Part shown: in pieces, positions 1 through 12,700 of the stretch
Numbering within the stretch: position 1 is the stretch's first letter
Layout: each line of letters begins with the position of its first letter
DNA from: Leucoraja ocellata
Lineage: Eukaryota
Direction of reading: 5' to 3'
NCBI GenBank assembly: GCA_036785375.1
Contig: JAWMAR010000070.1
Coordinates: forward strand, 7,378,001 to 7,442,000
Length of the DNA stretch: 64,000 bases
Notes under the pieces: model-generated
What the model saw: only the letters and a program-made list of their open reading frames with translations
What the model was told of the DNA's origin: nothing
Databases searched by the model: none
Program-made: the position numbers and the translations under genes

Positions 1-288
1 CTCACACACACACCCTCACACACACACCCTCANNNNNNNNNNNNNNNNNNNNNNNNNNNNNNNNNNNNNNNNNNNNNNNNNNNNNNNNNNNNNNNNNNNN
101 NNNNNNNNNNNNNNNNNNNNNNNNNNNNNNNNNNNNNNNNNNNNNNNNNNNNNNNNNNNNNNNNNNNNNNNNNNNNNNNNNNNNNNNNNNNNNNNNNNNN
201 NNNNNNNNNNNNNNNNNNNNNNNNNNNNNNNNNNNNNNNNNNNNNNNNNNNNNNNNNNNNNNNNNNNNNNNNNNNNNNNNNNNNNNNN

Positions 289-655
289 GGCCGAGATGGC
301 CGCCGCCACCAGGAGCAGCAACAACACCCACCGCCCCCCCCCCCCCCCCCCGGCCAAACCCAGGCCCGCAGTCGGACACCGAACCCGACTGTACCGGGAC
401 TAGCGGGCGGGGCCGGGACAGAGTCGCTGTCGTCGACCCTCACCGACCCCCCTCCCCCCGGTAATCTATGCTGCTGCCGCCGACGCCGGTCTCTATCTAC
501 GGGCCTCCGCCGACCCGACCCGACCCGACCCGACCCGACCCGACCCGACCCTCCCCCACCGGTCACCGGGGCCGGAGCCGACACTCACCTCACCAGAGGT
601 CCAGGCGCTGCACGAGGCCCGCAACCAACCGCCACGTGGCGGGCAGCACGTGGTC
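289..655. other. CpG-island-like GC-rich segment between two assembly gaps, containing a poly-C run and a (CCCGA)n microsatellite (~510-550)
   Basis: Very high GC and CpG density; ccgacccgacccga... repeat; flanked by N runs. May be the 5' end of a neighbouring gene, but no complete ORF is visible. Confidence 0.5.
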
Positions 656-1175
656 TGTCTCTGCTGGGTCCTAGTGGGTCCTAGTGCCCCCCCTCCACAG
701 GGAACACCCATCAGTAGTGATGTCTCTGCTGGGTCCTAGTNNNNNNNNNNNNNNNNNNNNNNNNNNNNNNNNNNNNNNNNNNNNNNNNNNNNNNNNNNNN
801 NNNNNNNNNNNNNNNNNNNNNNNNNNNNNNNNNNNNNNNNNNNNNNNNNNNNNNNNNNNNNNNNNNNNNNNNNNNNNNNNNNNNNNNNNNNNNNNNNNNN
901 NNNNNNNNNNNNNNNNNNNNNNNNNNNNNNNNNNNNNNNNNNNNNNNNNNNNNNNNNNNNNNNNNNNNNNNNNNNNNNNNNNNNNNNNNNNNNNNNNNNN
1001 NNNNNNNNNNNNNNNNNNNNNNNNNNNNNNNNNNNNNNNNNNNNNNNNNNNNNNNNNNNNNNNNNNNNNNNNTCCATCAGTAGTGATGTCTCTGCTGGGT
1101 CCTAGTGCACCCCCCCCATCTCCCCTATAGGGAAGACAACTCAGTAGTGATTGAAAACCCATCAGTAGTGATGGG
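655..1175. repeat. Minisatellite (unit containing ccatcagtagtgatgtctctgctgggtcctagtg) spanning an N gap
   Basis: The same motif recurs at ~655-740 and ~1074-1175 on either side of the gap. Confidence 0.7.
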
Positions 1176-2029
1176 TCTTCCCCTTCCCCCTCTTTTAATC
1201 AGGTTACCCCGACCACACACCCGCTCGTTAAAATTCCCCATTATTTTGGTGTTTTGTTTACAGGGGTGCCCTCTGGCAGCACTGCACCCCTGGCTATATC
1301 CAACTCTCTCTTGAAGGCATCCGGTGAATTGGCCTCCACTGCCTTCTGTGGCGGAGAATTCCACAGATTCACAACTCTCTGGGTGACGGAGTTTGCACGT
1401 TCTCCCCATGACTGCGTGGGTTTTTCTCCAGGAGCTCCGGTTTCCTCCCACATCCCAAAGTTGCGCAGGGTTGTAGGTTGACAGACCCTCTGTAAATTGC
1501 TCCTCATGTGTAGGTGAGGGTTGGAATCTGGGGAGAACTGATGGGAATGTTGGGGAAAATGAGTGAGGGTCAGGTCTGCACTGAACGGCCTGTCTCCCTG
1601 CTGTATAGCCCCATCACACTTTGGATTATCTCTGATCAGCCTTTGCCTCACACTGAACATTAACCCCTTCATCCTGTATCTGTACACTGTGGGCGGCTGG
1701 ACTGTAATCATGTGTAGTCTTTCCACTGACAGGATAGCACGCAAACAAAAATACTTTTCACTGCACCTCGGTCCACGTGATAATAAACTAAACTAAACTA
1801 GAAACTTTAAAAAAAAAGACGTACTTTAGATATTGTTTTTGATCTGATGTGTAGACATCCTTCCTGGTTGTGAGAATTCTAAGATGATCTTTCTGTTGCA
1901 GACTGCACTCAACAAACAACTGGGAACTTCCACCACCGATCGTTTGTCCATCACAAAGATAATTGTTGCTGTTAAAACAATAAAATAAAGTCATAATTTC
2001 AAGCAGATAACAGCGTACTTTGTGTCTGT

Positions 2030-2440
2030 TCATGTGCATCAGTTTCAGGAGCAGAATTAGGCCATTTGCCCCATCAAGTCTACTCCGCCGTTCAATCATG
2101 GCTGATCTATCTCTCCCTCTCAACGCCATTCTCCTGCCTTCTCCCCATAACCTCTGACACCCGTACTAATCAAGAATCTGTCAATCTCCACTTTAAAAAT
2201 ACCCAATGAGTTGGCCTCCACTGCCATCTGTGGCAATGAATTACAAAGATTCACCACCGTCTGACTAAGGAAATTCCTCCTCATCTCCTTCCTAATGGTA
2301 CTTCCTTTTATTCTGAGGCTGTGCCCTCTTGTCCTGGACTCCGTAAATAATGGAAACATCCGCTCCATATCCACTCTGTCCAGGCCTTTCACTATTCAGT
2401 AAGTTTCAATGAGGTCCTCCTCTCATCCTTCAAAATTCCC
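2030..2440 (-). mobile_element. CR1-type LINE 3' fragment
   Basis: Minus-strand translation KGLDRVDMERMFP...SRTRGHSLRIKG...RNFLSQTVVNLCNSLP matches the CR1 ORF2 C-terminus, followed by the CR1 3'UTR. Confidence 0.85.
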
Positions 2441-3256
2441 CTCATCCTGATAAACAGTTTATCAATTTATGTCAGCAATTTCAGTTGCTATGAATTGAAT
2501 TGAATAAATGCTATTAGCCAAGTATGTATACATACAAGAATTTGCCTTGGTGCTTTGCTCACAAGTTACAACACGATATACAGTTAACAATTAAGAATGA
2601 AACGTTACAATTTAACCAGGTGAAGAATGACATAAAATACCAGCACACAAGAAGGCTACAGACTTCTGGTTGGTTGAGTGGGGCTACTGCTCGTGGAAAA
2701 AAAGCTGTTTTTATGTCTGGTTGTGGAGGCTTTGACAGTCCAGAGTCACCTTCCAGAGGGAAGGAACACATCAGTATGAATGTCACAATCACTTACAGTT
2801 ATTACCTTTCAAGCTTTGGATCATCTTGTTTTCAGAGAGACACAAATAGGTGGAAGGGCAGAGTCTCTACAGGAGGACTTGGGCAGGTTGGGAAAGTGAG
2901 CAGAGAGAGGGGGACCTCACTGAAACATACAGAATAGTGAAAGTCTTGGATAGAGTGGATGTGGAAAGGGTGTATCCACTGGTGGGAAAGTCTAGGACTA
3001 GAGGTCGCAGCCTCAGAATTAAAGGGCGTTCTTTTAGGAAGGAGATTATGCTGTGATAGGGTGAATGCATGGTCAAGGGACAGTAGCAATAGACAGGTCA
3101 GGGGCAGGTCAGCACAAACACCCCATAATGTCTATCATTATAAACGTGACACACTTAGGTCAACACCAAATTTAGGAACAGCATTTTATTTTGTAGTCAC
3201 TGAAGACATCATGCTCCTGTCCCTTGGAAGGGCTTGTGTTGAATCAGTGGGAGGTT

Positions 3257-3772
3257 TCACTGCACTGCCAGCTTGGTGTTTAGTTTACACGGCACGTTAT
3301 TAACCAGCCAAGCGCAGGAATATTTCCCAGCATCTTCCTCTTCCAGCCCCGTCAGGACCAACGAGGCGTCCCGTGTCTCAACCACGTTTGTTTTCATGAA
3401 CTTCCTGCGTCCGGGTGACCCTGGATATTGCGCACCGTTCCTGTCAGTAAACACGGCGATCGTATCTTTTCCTTTTGTCCACAGCACCACAAATTTATCG
3501 GCTGCACCGTCTTCTTTGGGCATTTTGCAGGATAGTTGAGCAGAACCACCCTTACTGGCCGTCACCTCTGTCCATCTCATCTTATCCGGAGCGAGGTTAA
3601 CAGCGCATTGTGGAGTTGGATTTTCGGTGACTTGTCGAGGAGCCCGTGCGTTCCGCCCGGCCAAGTTTGCTTCCTCTCCCCATTCTCTGGAGATCGGACC
3701 TGTTCCAGTTGCGGAGACTTGCCACACCATCTCCACAAGGACCATGAATCCTATCCATTTCTGCAGTCCCAT
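3257..3772 (-). CDS. Secreted single V-set Ig-domain protein, copy A1 (171 aa)
   Basis: ATG at 3772, 4 nt after a CACAG acceptor. Signal peptide MGLQKWIGFMVLVEMVWQVSA; propeptide ending RAPR|Q; V-set hallmarks GGSAQLSC, W, DASLVLTGL..EDAGKYSC; stop right after the G strand; AATAAA (minus) at 3185-3190. Confidence 0.88.
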   Translation of the reverse strand: MGLQKWIGFMVLVEMVWQVSATGTGPISREWGEEANLAGRNARAPRQVTENPTPQCAVNLAPDKMRWTEVTASKGGSAQLSCKMPKEDGAADKFVVLWTKGKDTIAVFTDRNGAQYPGSPGRRKFMKTNVVETRDASLVLTGLEEEDAGKYSCAWLVNNVPCKLNTKLAVQ

Positions 3773-4416
3773 GTTCCTGTGGGTGAAACAATGGGTCACC
3801 TTATTGCAACTCAGTAGGATTCATGATGACATTCCCTGAACCCGCCCAGAGTTGGGGAATCGAGAACCAGAGGACATCGGTTTAAGGCGAGGGGGGGGAA
3901 GATTTAATGGGAAATGAGGGGTGACTTTTTTACACAAAGGGTGGAGGGTGTTTGGAACGAGCTGCAAGAAGAGGTAGTTGAGGCAGGTACTATCACAATG
4001 ATTAAGAAACAGTTAGACAGGTACATTGATAGGACAGGATTAGGGGGGTAAGGGCCAAACGCAGGCAGGTGGGTCTAGTATTGATGGGACACGTTGGTGG
4101 GCGCGGGCAAGTTGGGCCGAAGGTCTCGCTGTGACTCTATGACTCCATCACTTGCCCCACCCCAGTCATTCCTCCTTCTCCCTGGTCCTGTCTAGCAGAA
4201 GGTACAGAAGCTTGAAAGCGCGCACCACCAGACTCAGGAACAGCTTCTTCCCCTCTGCTATCAGGCTTCTGAACTGGGGGAACAGTGAACAGAGACAATC
4301 CCACCCCCATCACTCACAGACACTTGAAGGATCCACAGGGTTGGTTACCAGCTCCGGAGTCTCCACACAGGGTGACGGGGTCGGTCTTGTTCTCATCTCC
4401 TGCCATCGCTCGCTCC

Positions 4417-4615
4417 TTTTATACCGACTCCCGGCTTCTCCTGCCCCTCATTGTCTGCCCTCACGTACATTCAACCAATCACTGCCTCCCACGGAGCATT
4501 GGCCGGAGTCAGCCGCGACCTCTCCACCCTCTGCCAAACGTGTCGTTGCATCAGCCGTTAACGTTTAACAAGAACAACGTCATCCCAGCTGCCAGCGGAC
4601 AACCAGGCGCCCAAC
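4417..4615 (-). promoter_or_regulatory. Promoter of A1: TATAAAA (4417-4423), ERSE (4475-4493), second CCAAT, TGATGCAA element
   Basis: Motifs read directly; block nearly identical in all nine copies and placed upstream of a GTGAGT donor and the CAG acceptor before the ATG. Confidence 0.7.
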
Positions 4616-6019
4616 ACATAGCGCCGTAAGACAACAACACCACCACTGCGCCACTGTGCTGCCCTTGCATTGGCCTCTTGCACAAGTTATAAAAGTATAA
4701 GATTCAGATAGGGTAGACAGTCAGAACCAATGTTCCATGGTGAAAATGCCAAGGACTAGAGGGCAACTCGTCAGGGTGAAAAAGAAAAAAAGGTTACGAT
4801 GTGCGGGGCATGTCTTCTTGGTGGGTGCTTGGAACACACTTGGTTGAAGCAGATACAATAGTTCGGAGGCTTTATCTGAAAAATCTCATGGATATACAGA
4901 GAATGGAGAATTATGGTTCACATGCAGGCAGAGGAGATTAGCTGAACTAGGCATCATGTTCAGCACGGATCTTGTGGGCCGAAGGGCCTGTTCCTGTGCT
5001 GTTCCATGTTCTATGTTACATCATCTTCTCAATCACATCTTGAGAAGAACGTTTTCCAGAGGTGCCCTGGTACCACCAGTGTGACATTCATTGTATCTGC
5101 TGCAGTCAATGAGTGTGTTGTGTAGACAGCCAGAGGAGAAGATGGGATTTATGTGGAGTTTCATTTTGTAATCATTATTTATTTAATGTCATAGTGTAAT
5201 AGAGTCATAGAGTGATACAGCGTGGAAACAGGCCCTTCGGCCCAACTTGCCCACACTGGCCAACATGTCCCAGCTACACTAGTCTCACCTGCCTGTGTTT
5301 GGTCCATATCCCTCCAAACCTGTCCTCTCCATGTACCTGACTCACTGTTCCTTAAACATTGGGATCTAAATGTTGCCTCACCAACACAAGATGACCTCCC
5401 AACCTCTATACTCCATACTGTGACTGATGAAGGCCAAAGTACCAAAAGCCTTTTTGACCACCGTATCTACCTGCAACTGCATCTTCAAGGAACCATGTAC
5501 CTTCTCTCATAGATCCCTCTGCTCTACAACATTCCCCAGAGCCGGACTATTCACTGTGTAGGTCCTGCACATGTTAGACTCCCCAAAACACAACACCTCA
5601 CATTACTCTGTATTAAATTCCATCAACCGTTCCTCAGCCCAACTGGCCAATATTTCAGGATGCTGCTGCAATTTTTCACAACCATCTCCACTATCTGCAA
5701 AACCGCCTACTTTTGTGTCATAGAAACATAGAAAATAGGTGCAGGAGTTGAGGCCATTCAGCCCTTCGAGCCTGCACCGCCATTCAATATGATCATGGAT
5801 GATCATCCAACTCAGTATCCTGTACCTGCCTTCTCTCCATACCCCCTGATCCCTTTAGCCACAAGGGCCACATCTAACTCCCTCTTAAATATAGTCTTTA
5901 CTTTTGTCCCTGTTTTGTTCCTGACAACATTCCCCGTTATTTTTGTTCCTGTTCTCAACATCTGCGGACTCCTGATTTTCCACATGTTGTTCCGTCCCCG
6001 TGTGGTCATGGACAATGTT

Positions 6020-6143
6020 GGACACAGCTCATAGAAGCCGGCGATGTTGCCCGTAGTGAGCAAAAGTTGCACAAAGTTCACACCCAACTCAATGCTGGCG
6101 TACAAAGAATCACTCACACCGGCTGTCTTCAAGAGAGTTTATT
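6020..6143 (-). terminator. Putative polyadenylation signal of A2 (AATAAA 6138-6143) with GT-rich downstream element
   Basis: ~110 bp block conserved downstream of A2, A3 and all B genes. Confidence 0.6.
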
Positions 6144-6536
6144 TCCATTAATGATACATTTACCAATGCAAGCACGATCTGTCCCATTGCACTACATTTG
6201 CCCCATATCCCCCTAAACCTTTCCCTGTCCCAAGTGTGTATTAAATATTGTTACAATTCCCACCCCACCAGACAGTTCTATAAACCCACCGCCCCCTGAG
6301 TGAAAATGTTGCCCCTCAGGTTCCTATTAAATCTTGCCCCTCTAACCTTAAACTTATGTCCCCCTGGTTCTTGATTCCCGTACCCCAGGTAAAAGATGTT
6401 TTGTGTTCACCCCTCTATTCCCCTCATGATGAATTAAGTGACTACAATATAGAATGCTGTTGTTGGCCTAAGTGTGTGAAGTTTATAATGATGGATGTTA
6501 TTGTGTGTTTGTGCTGTCCTGCCACTGCCTGTTGTT

Positions 6537-7052
6537 TCACTTCACTGTCAGCTTGATATTTAGTCTACATTCCTTTTGGCCAGTGAACCAAGCGCAGGAA
6601 TATATCCCAATATCAGTCTCGAGTAAACCTATGATGACCAACGAGGCATCCCGTGTCCCATCCACGTTTGTATTCATGAACCTCCAGCGGCCGACCCCCC
6701 CTGGATAGGTCGCACCATTCCCTTTAGTAAACACGCCCAGTGTCCCGCTCCCTTTACTCCAGGTGATCACAAAATTCGCGGGTCCAGTCTTCCCTGTGGG
6801 TACTTTACAGGGTAGCGTAGCAGAACCACCCCTGCGTGCCGTCACATCCGTGTATTTCATCTTGTTCGCAGCTGGCTTAGCACCGCATTCTGGAGAACTT
6901 TGTTTTTTGACTTGTCGAGGCTCTCGTGCGTTCCACCCGGGCAAGTTTGCTTCCTCTCCCCATTCTCTGGAGATCGGACCTGTTCCAGTTGCGGAGACTT
7001 GCCACACCATCTCCACAAGGACCATGAATCCTATCCATCTCTGCAGTCCCAT
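6537..7052 (-). CDS. Secreted single V-set Ig-domain protein, copy A2 (171 aa)
   Basis: Same leader; REPR|Q; GGSATLPC, ITW, DASLVIIGL..TDIGIYSC, extra G-strand Cys (ECRLNIKLTVK*). Confidence 0.88.
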   Translation of the reverse strand: MGLQRWIGFMVLVEMVWQVSATGTGPISREWGEEANLPGWNAREPRQVKKQSSPECGAKPAANKMKYTDVTARRGGSATLPCKVPTGKTGPANFVITWSKGSGTLGVFTKGNGATYPGGVGRWRFMNTNVDGTRDASLVIIGLLETDIGIYSCAWFTGQKECRLNIKLTVK

Positions 7053-7199
7053 GTTCCTGTGGGTGAAACAATGGGTCACCTTATTGCAACTCAGTAGGAT
7101 TCATGATGACATTCCCTGAAGCTGCTGCCACCACACTGGGCAATGTCGCTGTGCAGCTTCTACAGCTCCCGCCTGGTTTAGTTTAAGTTGCTTTGACCT

Positions 7200-7600
7200 G
7201 TCGTGGACCAACAACATTGAAGTGGCAGCCAAGGAGGCACACCAATGCATCTACTTCCTCAGAGACAGAGGAAATACGACAAGTCTCCAATGTCTCTTAG
7301 AAACTTCTACAGATGCACCACAGAGAGCAGACTGTGGGGTTGCATCACAGCTTGGTTTGGGAACAGCTCTGAGCCCAAGATCACAAGATATTGCAGAGTT
7401 GTGGATGGAGCCCAGTCCATCACACAGACCACACTCCCCACCAGTGACTCCATCTACAACCAAAAAAATCAAAGACTTGTCCCACCCCGGTCATTCCTCC
7501 TTCTCCCTGGTCCTGTCTAGCAGACGGTACAGAAGCTTGAAAGCGCGCACCACCAGACTCAGGAACAGCTTCTTCCCCTCTGCTATCAGGCTTCTGAACT
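7200..7600 (+). mobile_element. Rex1/Babar-like non-LTR retrotransposon 3' fragment inside the A2 intron
   Basis: Translations ..AHQCIYFLR.., ..LRNFYRCTTESRLWGCITAWFGN.., ..RRYRSLKARTTRLRNSFFPSAIRLLN, typical of this LINE clade's C-terminus. Confidence 0.7.
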
Positions 7601-7741
7601 GGGGGAACAGTGAACAGAGACAATCCCACCCCCATCACTCACAGACACTTGAAGGATCCACAGGGTTGGTTACCAGCTCCGGAGTCTCCACACAGGGTGA
7701 CGGGGTCGGTCTTGTTCTCATCTCCTGCCATCGCTCGCTCC

Positions 7742-8014
7742 TTTTATACCGACTCCCGGCTTCTCCTGCCCCTCATTGTCTGCCCTCACGTACATTCAAC
7801 CAATCACTGCCTCCCACGGAGCATTGGCCGGAGTCAGCCGCGACCTCTCCACCCTCTGCCAAACGTGTCGTTGCATCAGCCGTTAACGTTTAACAAGAAC
7901 AACGTCATCCCAGCTGCCAGCGGCCAACCAGGCGCCCCACACATCCTGCTTGTGTCTCCACCACGTCTCGCTTTGGCCACCCATCGGACCAGATGTCCCA
8001 GCCACGCCACGTCA
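7742..8014 (-). promoter_or_regulatory. Promoter of A2: TATA 7742-7748, ERSE 7800-7818, TGATGCAA element, UPRE TGACGTGG (8007-8014)
   Basis: Motifs read directly; conserved with the other copies. Confidence 0.7.
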
Positions 8015-8244
8015 CCACCACAGCCCTTGGCACCTGCGCTGGTTCCACAGTTTATACTCAATCTGAGCCGGCAGCTGGGATGGCGTTGGATCAATTCTTC
8101 CTTCCCAACAACCATCAGGCTGTTGAACACGACACGACACTGAGGTCAACAATGAACATCTATGGAACATCTTTGGTTGCACTAAGGATGTTGGCTTTTC
8201 ACACTAGTATTGTGCTCTCTCATTTATTGAATTCTCTTTGAAAA

Positions 8245-8635
8245 TTGAGGGGGGATCTTATAGAAACTTACAAAATTTGTAAGGGGTTGGACAGGCTAGA
8301 TGCAGGAAGATCGTTGGGGAAGTCCAGGACAAGGGGTCACAGTTTATGGATAAGGGGGAAATCCTTTAGGACCGAGATGAGAAAAAGTTTTTTCACACAG
8401 AGAGTGGTGGATCTCTGGAATTCTCTGCCACAGAAGGTAGTTGAGGCCACAGTTCATTGGCTATATTTAAGAGGGAGTTAGATGTGACCCTTGTGGCTAA
8501 AGAGATCAGGGGGTATGGAGAGAAGGCAGGTACGGGATACTGAGTTGGATGATCAGCCATGATCATGTTGAATGATGGTGCAGGCTCGAAGGGCCGAATG
8601 GCCTACTCCTACACCTATTGTCTATGTTTCTATGA
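8245..8635 (+). mobile_element. CR1-type LINE 3' end
   Basis: RGDLIETYKI.KGLDRLDAG..SRTRGHSL..FFTQRVVDLWNSLPQ plus 3'UTR ending ctatgtttctatg. Confidence 0.85.
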
Positions 8636-8988
8636 AAGCTAGGGCATAGGAAATAGGTAACGTTTCGGGCCGAACCCCTTCGGGATTCGGCCCGAAACGT
8701 TGCCTATTTCCTTCGCTCCATAGCTACTGCTGCACTACTGAGTTGGATGATCAGCCATGATCATATTGAATGATGGTGCAGGCTCGAAGGGCCGAATGGC
8801 CTCTACTCCTGCACCTATTTTCTATGTTTCCATGTTTGTTGCTCGTTACATATTTTGTTGCTTTATTGCTTTTAGTGGTTTATTGCTTAAAAGGCTCCTC
8901 AACAAAGGACACTTTCCAGTCATGGGTTTCCTTCCTGTTCCCCAGGCTCAGTGACTGATGACCAACAACTGTGGAGGAGCCATGGTGT

Positions 8989-9655
8989 TGATGAAGCCGA
9001 ATTTTAGTTAAAAATATAAGAAGATATTAAATTGGCTTCTGGGCTAGCTTACAGCTTATATTTAGTGTCAAATTAAACTTTCCTCAGGTTGCGGGGTGTG
9101 TGAGATAACATTGTCTCCCAAGTGAAGGAGCTAGAGAGATATCTTTGAAAGTAAGATGCCATAAACCAAATGACCAATGTTTATGGGGGAGGAGGCAATA
9201 AAGGAAGAGAGAAATAAACAGTCACATCTTTGTAAACAAATGACCTATGTTTATGAGGGACCAAATGACAGAGGAAGCAGCGAAAAGAGCTAGGGTGGTC
9301 TATTTGGAGATAAGGCAAATGGCCAATGTTTTTAGTATATCTTGTACCATGTAAAAAAAAGGTTTGATGTGATGCATTCTGTGGAAACCTTTTCCAGTAC
9401 CTCTGACCATGACTAATGTCTGTGGAATGTGATAAGGGGACAAAAAAAACCTATTTAAGGCAATGTAATTCTGTTGTTAAGGGGAGGTGGCTGAGCACAG
9501 TCAAGTGTCTGTGTTGGTCACTTGACTGGAGTTCTCGCTCCCTTCCATCGGCTGATGTTAAGTAAAGTTTTGAACTGGTCTACCAAACAGTTTGTGTGGT
9601 GTCTGTTTATTAAGAAGCGAACCTAGTTTAGTAGTTAAGATAAGTAACTTTTTCA
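8989..9655 (+). repeat. LTR 1 (5')
   Basis: TGATGAAGCC...CTTTTTCA, 667 bp, preceded by the TSD. Confidence 0.92.
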
Positions 9656-10668
9656 TTGGCCTAGTTATGCAGGCCTCGCTGGGACCACATCAACGGCTGA
9701 CTGTGCAAGAGGTTGCGGAGGTTGCCGGGATTGGAAGGGAGATAACTGAGCTCTATCGGCCCCCTTGTAAGACCGACTCCCTAGAAACTCCCGGGAACGT
9801 CTGTGATCCTTCATCAGACATTGAATTGGTTCCCTGCCGAGGTTCTTAGCAACAGACAAAGGTCAGACCAGTTGGGCTTTATATGTTTTTTTTAAGAGGG
9901 GATTGTGTATGTATTTTTAAGGCAGCATTGTGCATGTATTTTTAAGAAAGGTCTTATGTATATTGTTAAGAAGGACGTGAGTGGTTCCTCTCTCTCTCTC
10001 TGTCTATCTCTCTTTGTTTTTTTCTCTCTCTACTAAGGGCTCATCAGCCTTGTTGAGATATCCGTGATTTGTCGGGTTGAGATACGGGGGTTGAAGTGTG
10101 TGTCTGGCTTATTGAGACATCCGAAGAGTTGTCGGGTTGAGAAATAAGTGACGTTGTATATTACAGTATTAAGAAGTCTACCAAGTTGAAAAAAACTGGG
10201 GTCTCGGTTAGCGGGTCTGCTTCGTTGAGACACTTGGGTCGTATATTAAAGAGTTAAAAAAGTCAGCCAAATTGAGAAACTGGGGTCTCATTTAGTGGGT
10301 CGGCCTGGTTGATATATTTGGAACGATTCGGAATTAAGAAGTCTGTTTTCTCTCTCTCTCTTTCTATCTATCTATGGGGAATGCTATTGATACCGGTCCT
10401 ATATATGTGTTATTTGAATCCTATGTATAATAAGAAATTTAGAATGTTAAGTTACAAGTTGACCAAATGGTTAGGGGATGAAGCCTGGCCAGTAGGGGGC
10501 ACATGGAATGTTGAGACAATTAAATAAGCAGAGGTGTTGATATGGGAAAGGAAGACAGGAAAGAAATGGAAGAAAGGAATTAAAACATGGAAATCAGGAA
10601 CAGAGGAGAAGCATGAGGAGAGTAGAGTTCGAAGTTGGATGGATACTACATGTAAGAAGGGGATAGAG

Positions 10669-11703
10669 TAGGTATGTTACAAAACTTACCTGAATCGTCA
10701 ATGAGAATCTGCCATCAGGCCGTGTGCGTGATTTTGGCGCTGTTTAGAGGAGACAGGTTTAAAACGAGATTTTTACTAGGCTGTTGCAATCGAAAATGTT
10801 CAGCCTAGTAAATCATTAACGGAGAATCGCTGGGGGACCCCGTCGCAAAGGGTGTTATTGGTTTTTATGGCCTTGTATGGTGGTTGTAGTAGTTTGGAGG
10901 TCACTCTCTAGATCCGCGACCTCTCGCAGGCCCAGGGTTTTATAAAGCAAACAATTAAAGGTATGTACCTTATTTTTACATTAAAAGGGGCTTCTTAAGA
11001 ACCTTAAAGTTTTCTATAGCGAGTAGCTCATTTTGGGCTTTTTATATCCCGCAGTATTTTTCTGGGCATTTGAGGGCACAAATCCAGCGCAATGTGAACG
11101 TTCTAAACCAGCGCATTCACAGGAACCCACTAGAAAGCAGATTTAAAATAGACTTTAATTTACAGCAATTGAACACTAAATTCCTTCCATTTGGCCTATA
11201 AATTGATGTAAATGAGATTTAAAAATCATGTTTTATTGTGAATTATTTGTGACTATTATTTGGACACTTAGGCTATTTAAAAATGTTAATCATTTATTAA
11301 GAAATGGATAGATGTTTGGATCTAGTAATTGAAGTTTGAAATTAGCTACAATTGGGTAACTAACTAATTATATGCTTTAATTTCAGGTCATCCAAGTAAG
11401 ATTATTTTATATTTGTTTCAGAATGCTTCAATCTATGATAACTGAAAATTTCATTCAGTTCTCTTAATTTTTAAGAAGGTTATGGGCTTTTGACTGTCCA
11501 TGATCACAGTTTTTTTGTTATGTCCATAGAAAATCAATAGGGAACAAGATGCTAATTCCCGAGTATGAAAATGGCCATAATTCTTTTATTACTTGAGATA
11601 TGAAAGTGAATTAGGTGTCAAATTAAACTTATTGTTATGCTTTATCTGATGGGATAAATTGCAGACTTGATTTTTTAAATCTCACAATTTTGTAACATTG
11701 CTA
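10669..11703. mobile_element. Non-autonomous TIR DNA transposon (~1035 bp) nested in the ERV gag remnant; second copy at 16352-17386
   Basis: Imperfect terminal inverted repeats TAGGTATGTTACAAAA / TTTTGTAACATTGCTA, flanked by a GATAGAG direct repeat (10662-10668, 11704-11710). Confidence 0.75.
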
Positions 11704-12070
11704 GATAGAGTTAAGAAACAAGGATAGCACTCGGAAAGGATGGAAATTAGTGCAACTAGAATGCCAGTGGGCAGAGGAACAAGAGAATAGAATTAAAAGA
11801 CAGACAGGAGGTGAGAAACAAGTGATGGTTCGTAAAAAATAAACCCAGTACTGGTAAATCCTCTGGAGGAGACTTCATGTCTGGCACGACAACCCTATTT
11901 GGTAATGAAGATGAGGAGTTAGATAATCTTGAGAGATGTCTACCAGTAGCAATGGCATCTTTACCTGGGACAGTTCCGTCAGTAACATCCCTATAACTTG
12001 AAGTTCTGACATTACAAAGCTCCCCAGGATTGGGAGCACGGGAATCCCTTTCTGTGTGTAATTTGTTAAG

Positions 12071-12700
12071 GCATTGATGCTACCAGAACAGCTGGTCATT
12101 ATTAAATGTACTGCACACACTGGTGCTGGGGACCCTATAGCAAAAGGCAATGAGTTGCCGATAGTGTATCCAAACAGGCAGCCTGTACATCCAAATGCAT
12201 AGTGACAGCAGCTAAACAGATGCTAGCAAATAGAACGGTCCTGCCAAACATGAGGGAGGTATGTACATTACAGAGGGACGCCTCTTATATATAAAATAAT
12301 TATGGAAACAAGAGGGCTGTGCCATTAATTCAGCACACCCCGCTTGGACAAGTTGGTGTATACGATACATTTTTACCCGTCTTACCCATGCTGGTAAGGA
12401 GGGAATGATAGGATAACAAAGGAAATGTGGTGGCACAACAGAAAATTTGATAAGAGGCACTGAAGCAGGCCTCTGAATGTAAAATTTGCCAATGAAATAA
12501 TCCAGGCAAACCAATTAGGATACCCTCAGGGGTGACGCCAATGCCATCATGATCGTTTGAATGCATACAGATTGATTTTATTGAGATGCCAAGGGCCCAG
12601 TGTTATAAATATTGCGTATTGATTTTAGATTTATTTAGTAGGTGGAGTGAAGCTCTACCAACCACCAATAATAAGGAAAATGTGCACATTTTAATATCTG
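12071..12700 (+). pseudogene. pol: Retroviral pol remnant (RNase H C-terminus, integrase Zn-finger and core); duplicate at 17754-18383
   Basis: ALMLPEQLVIIKCTAHTGAGDPIAKGN (RNase H), RLTHAGKEGM...ECKICQ (HHCC), IDFIEMPRAQCYKYCVLILDLFSRWSEALPT (integrase core); broken by stops and frameshifts. Confidence 0.85.
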
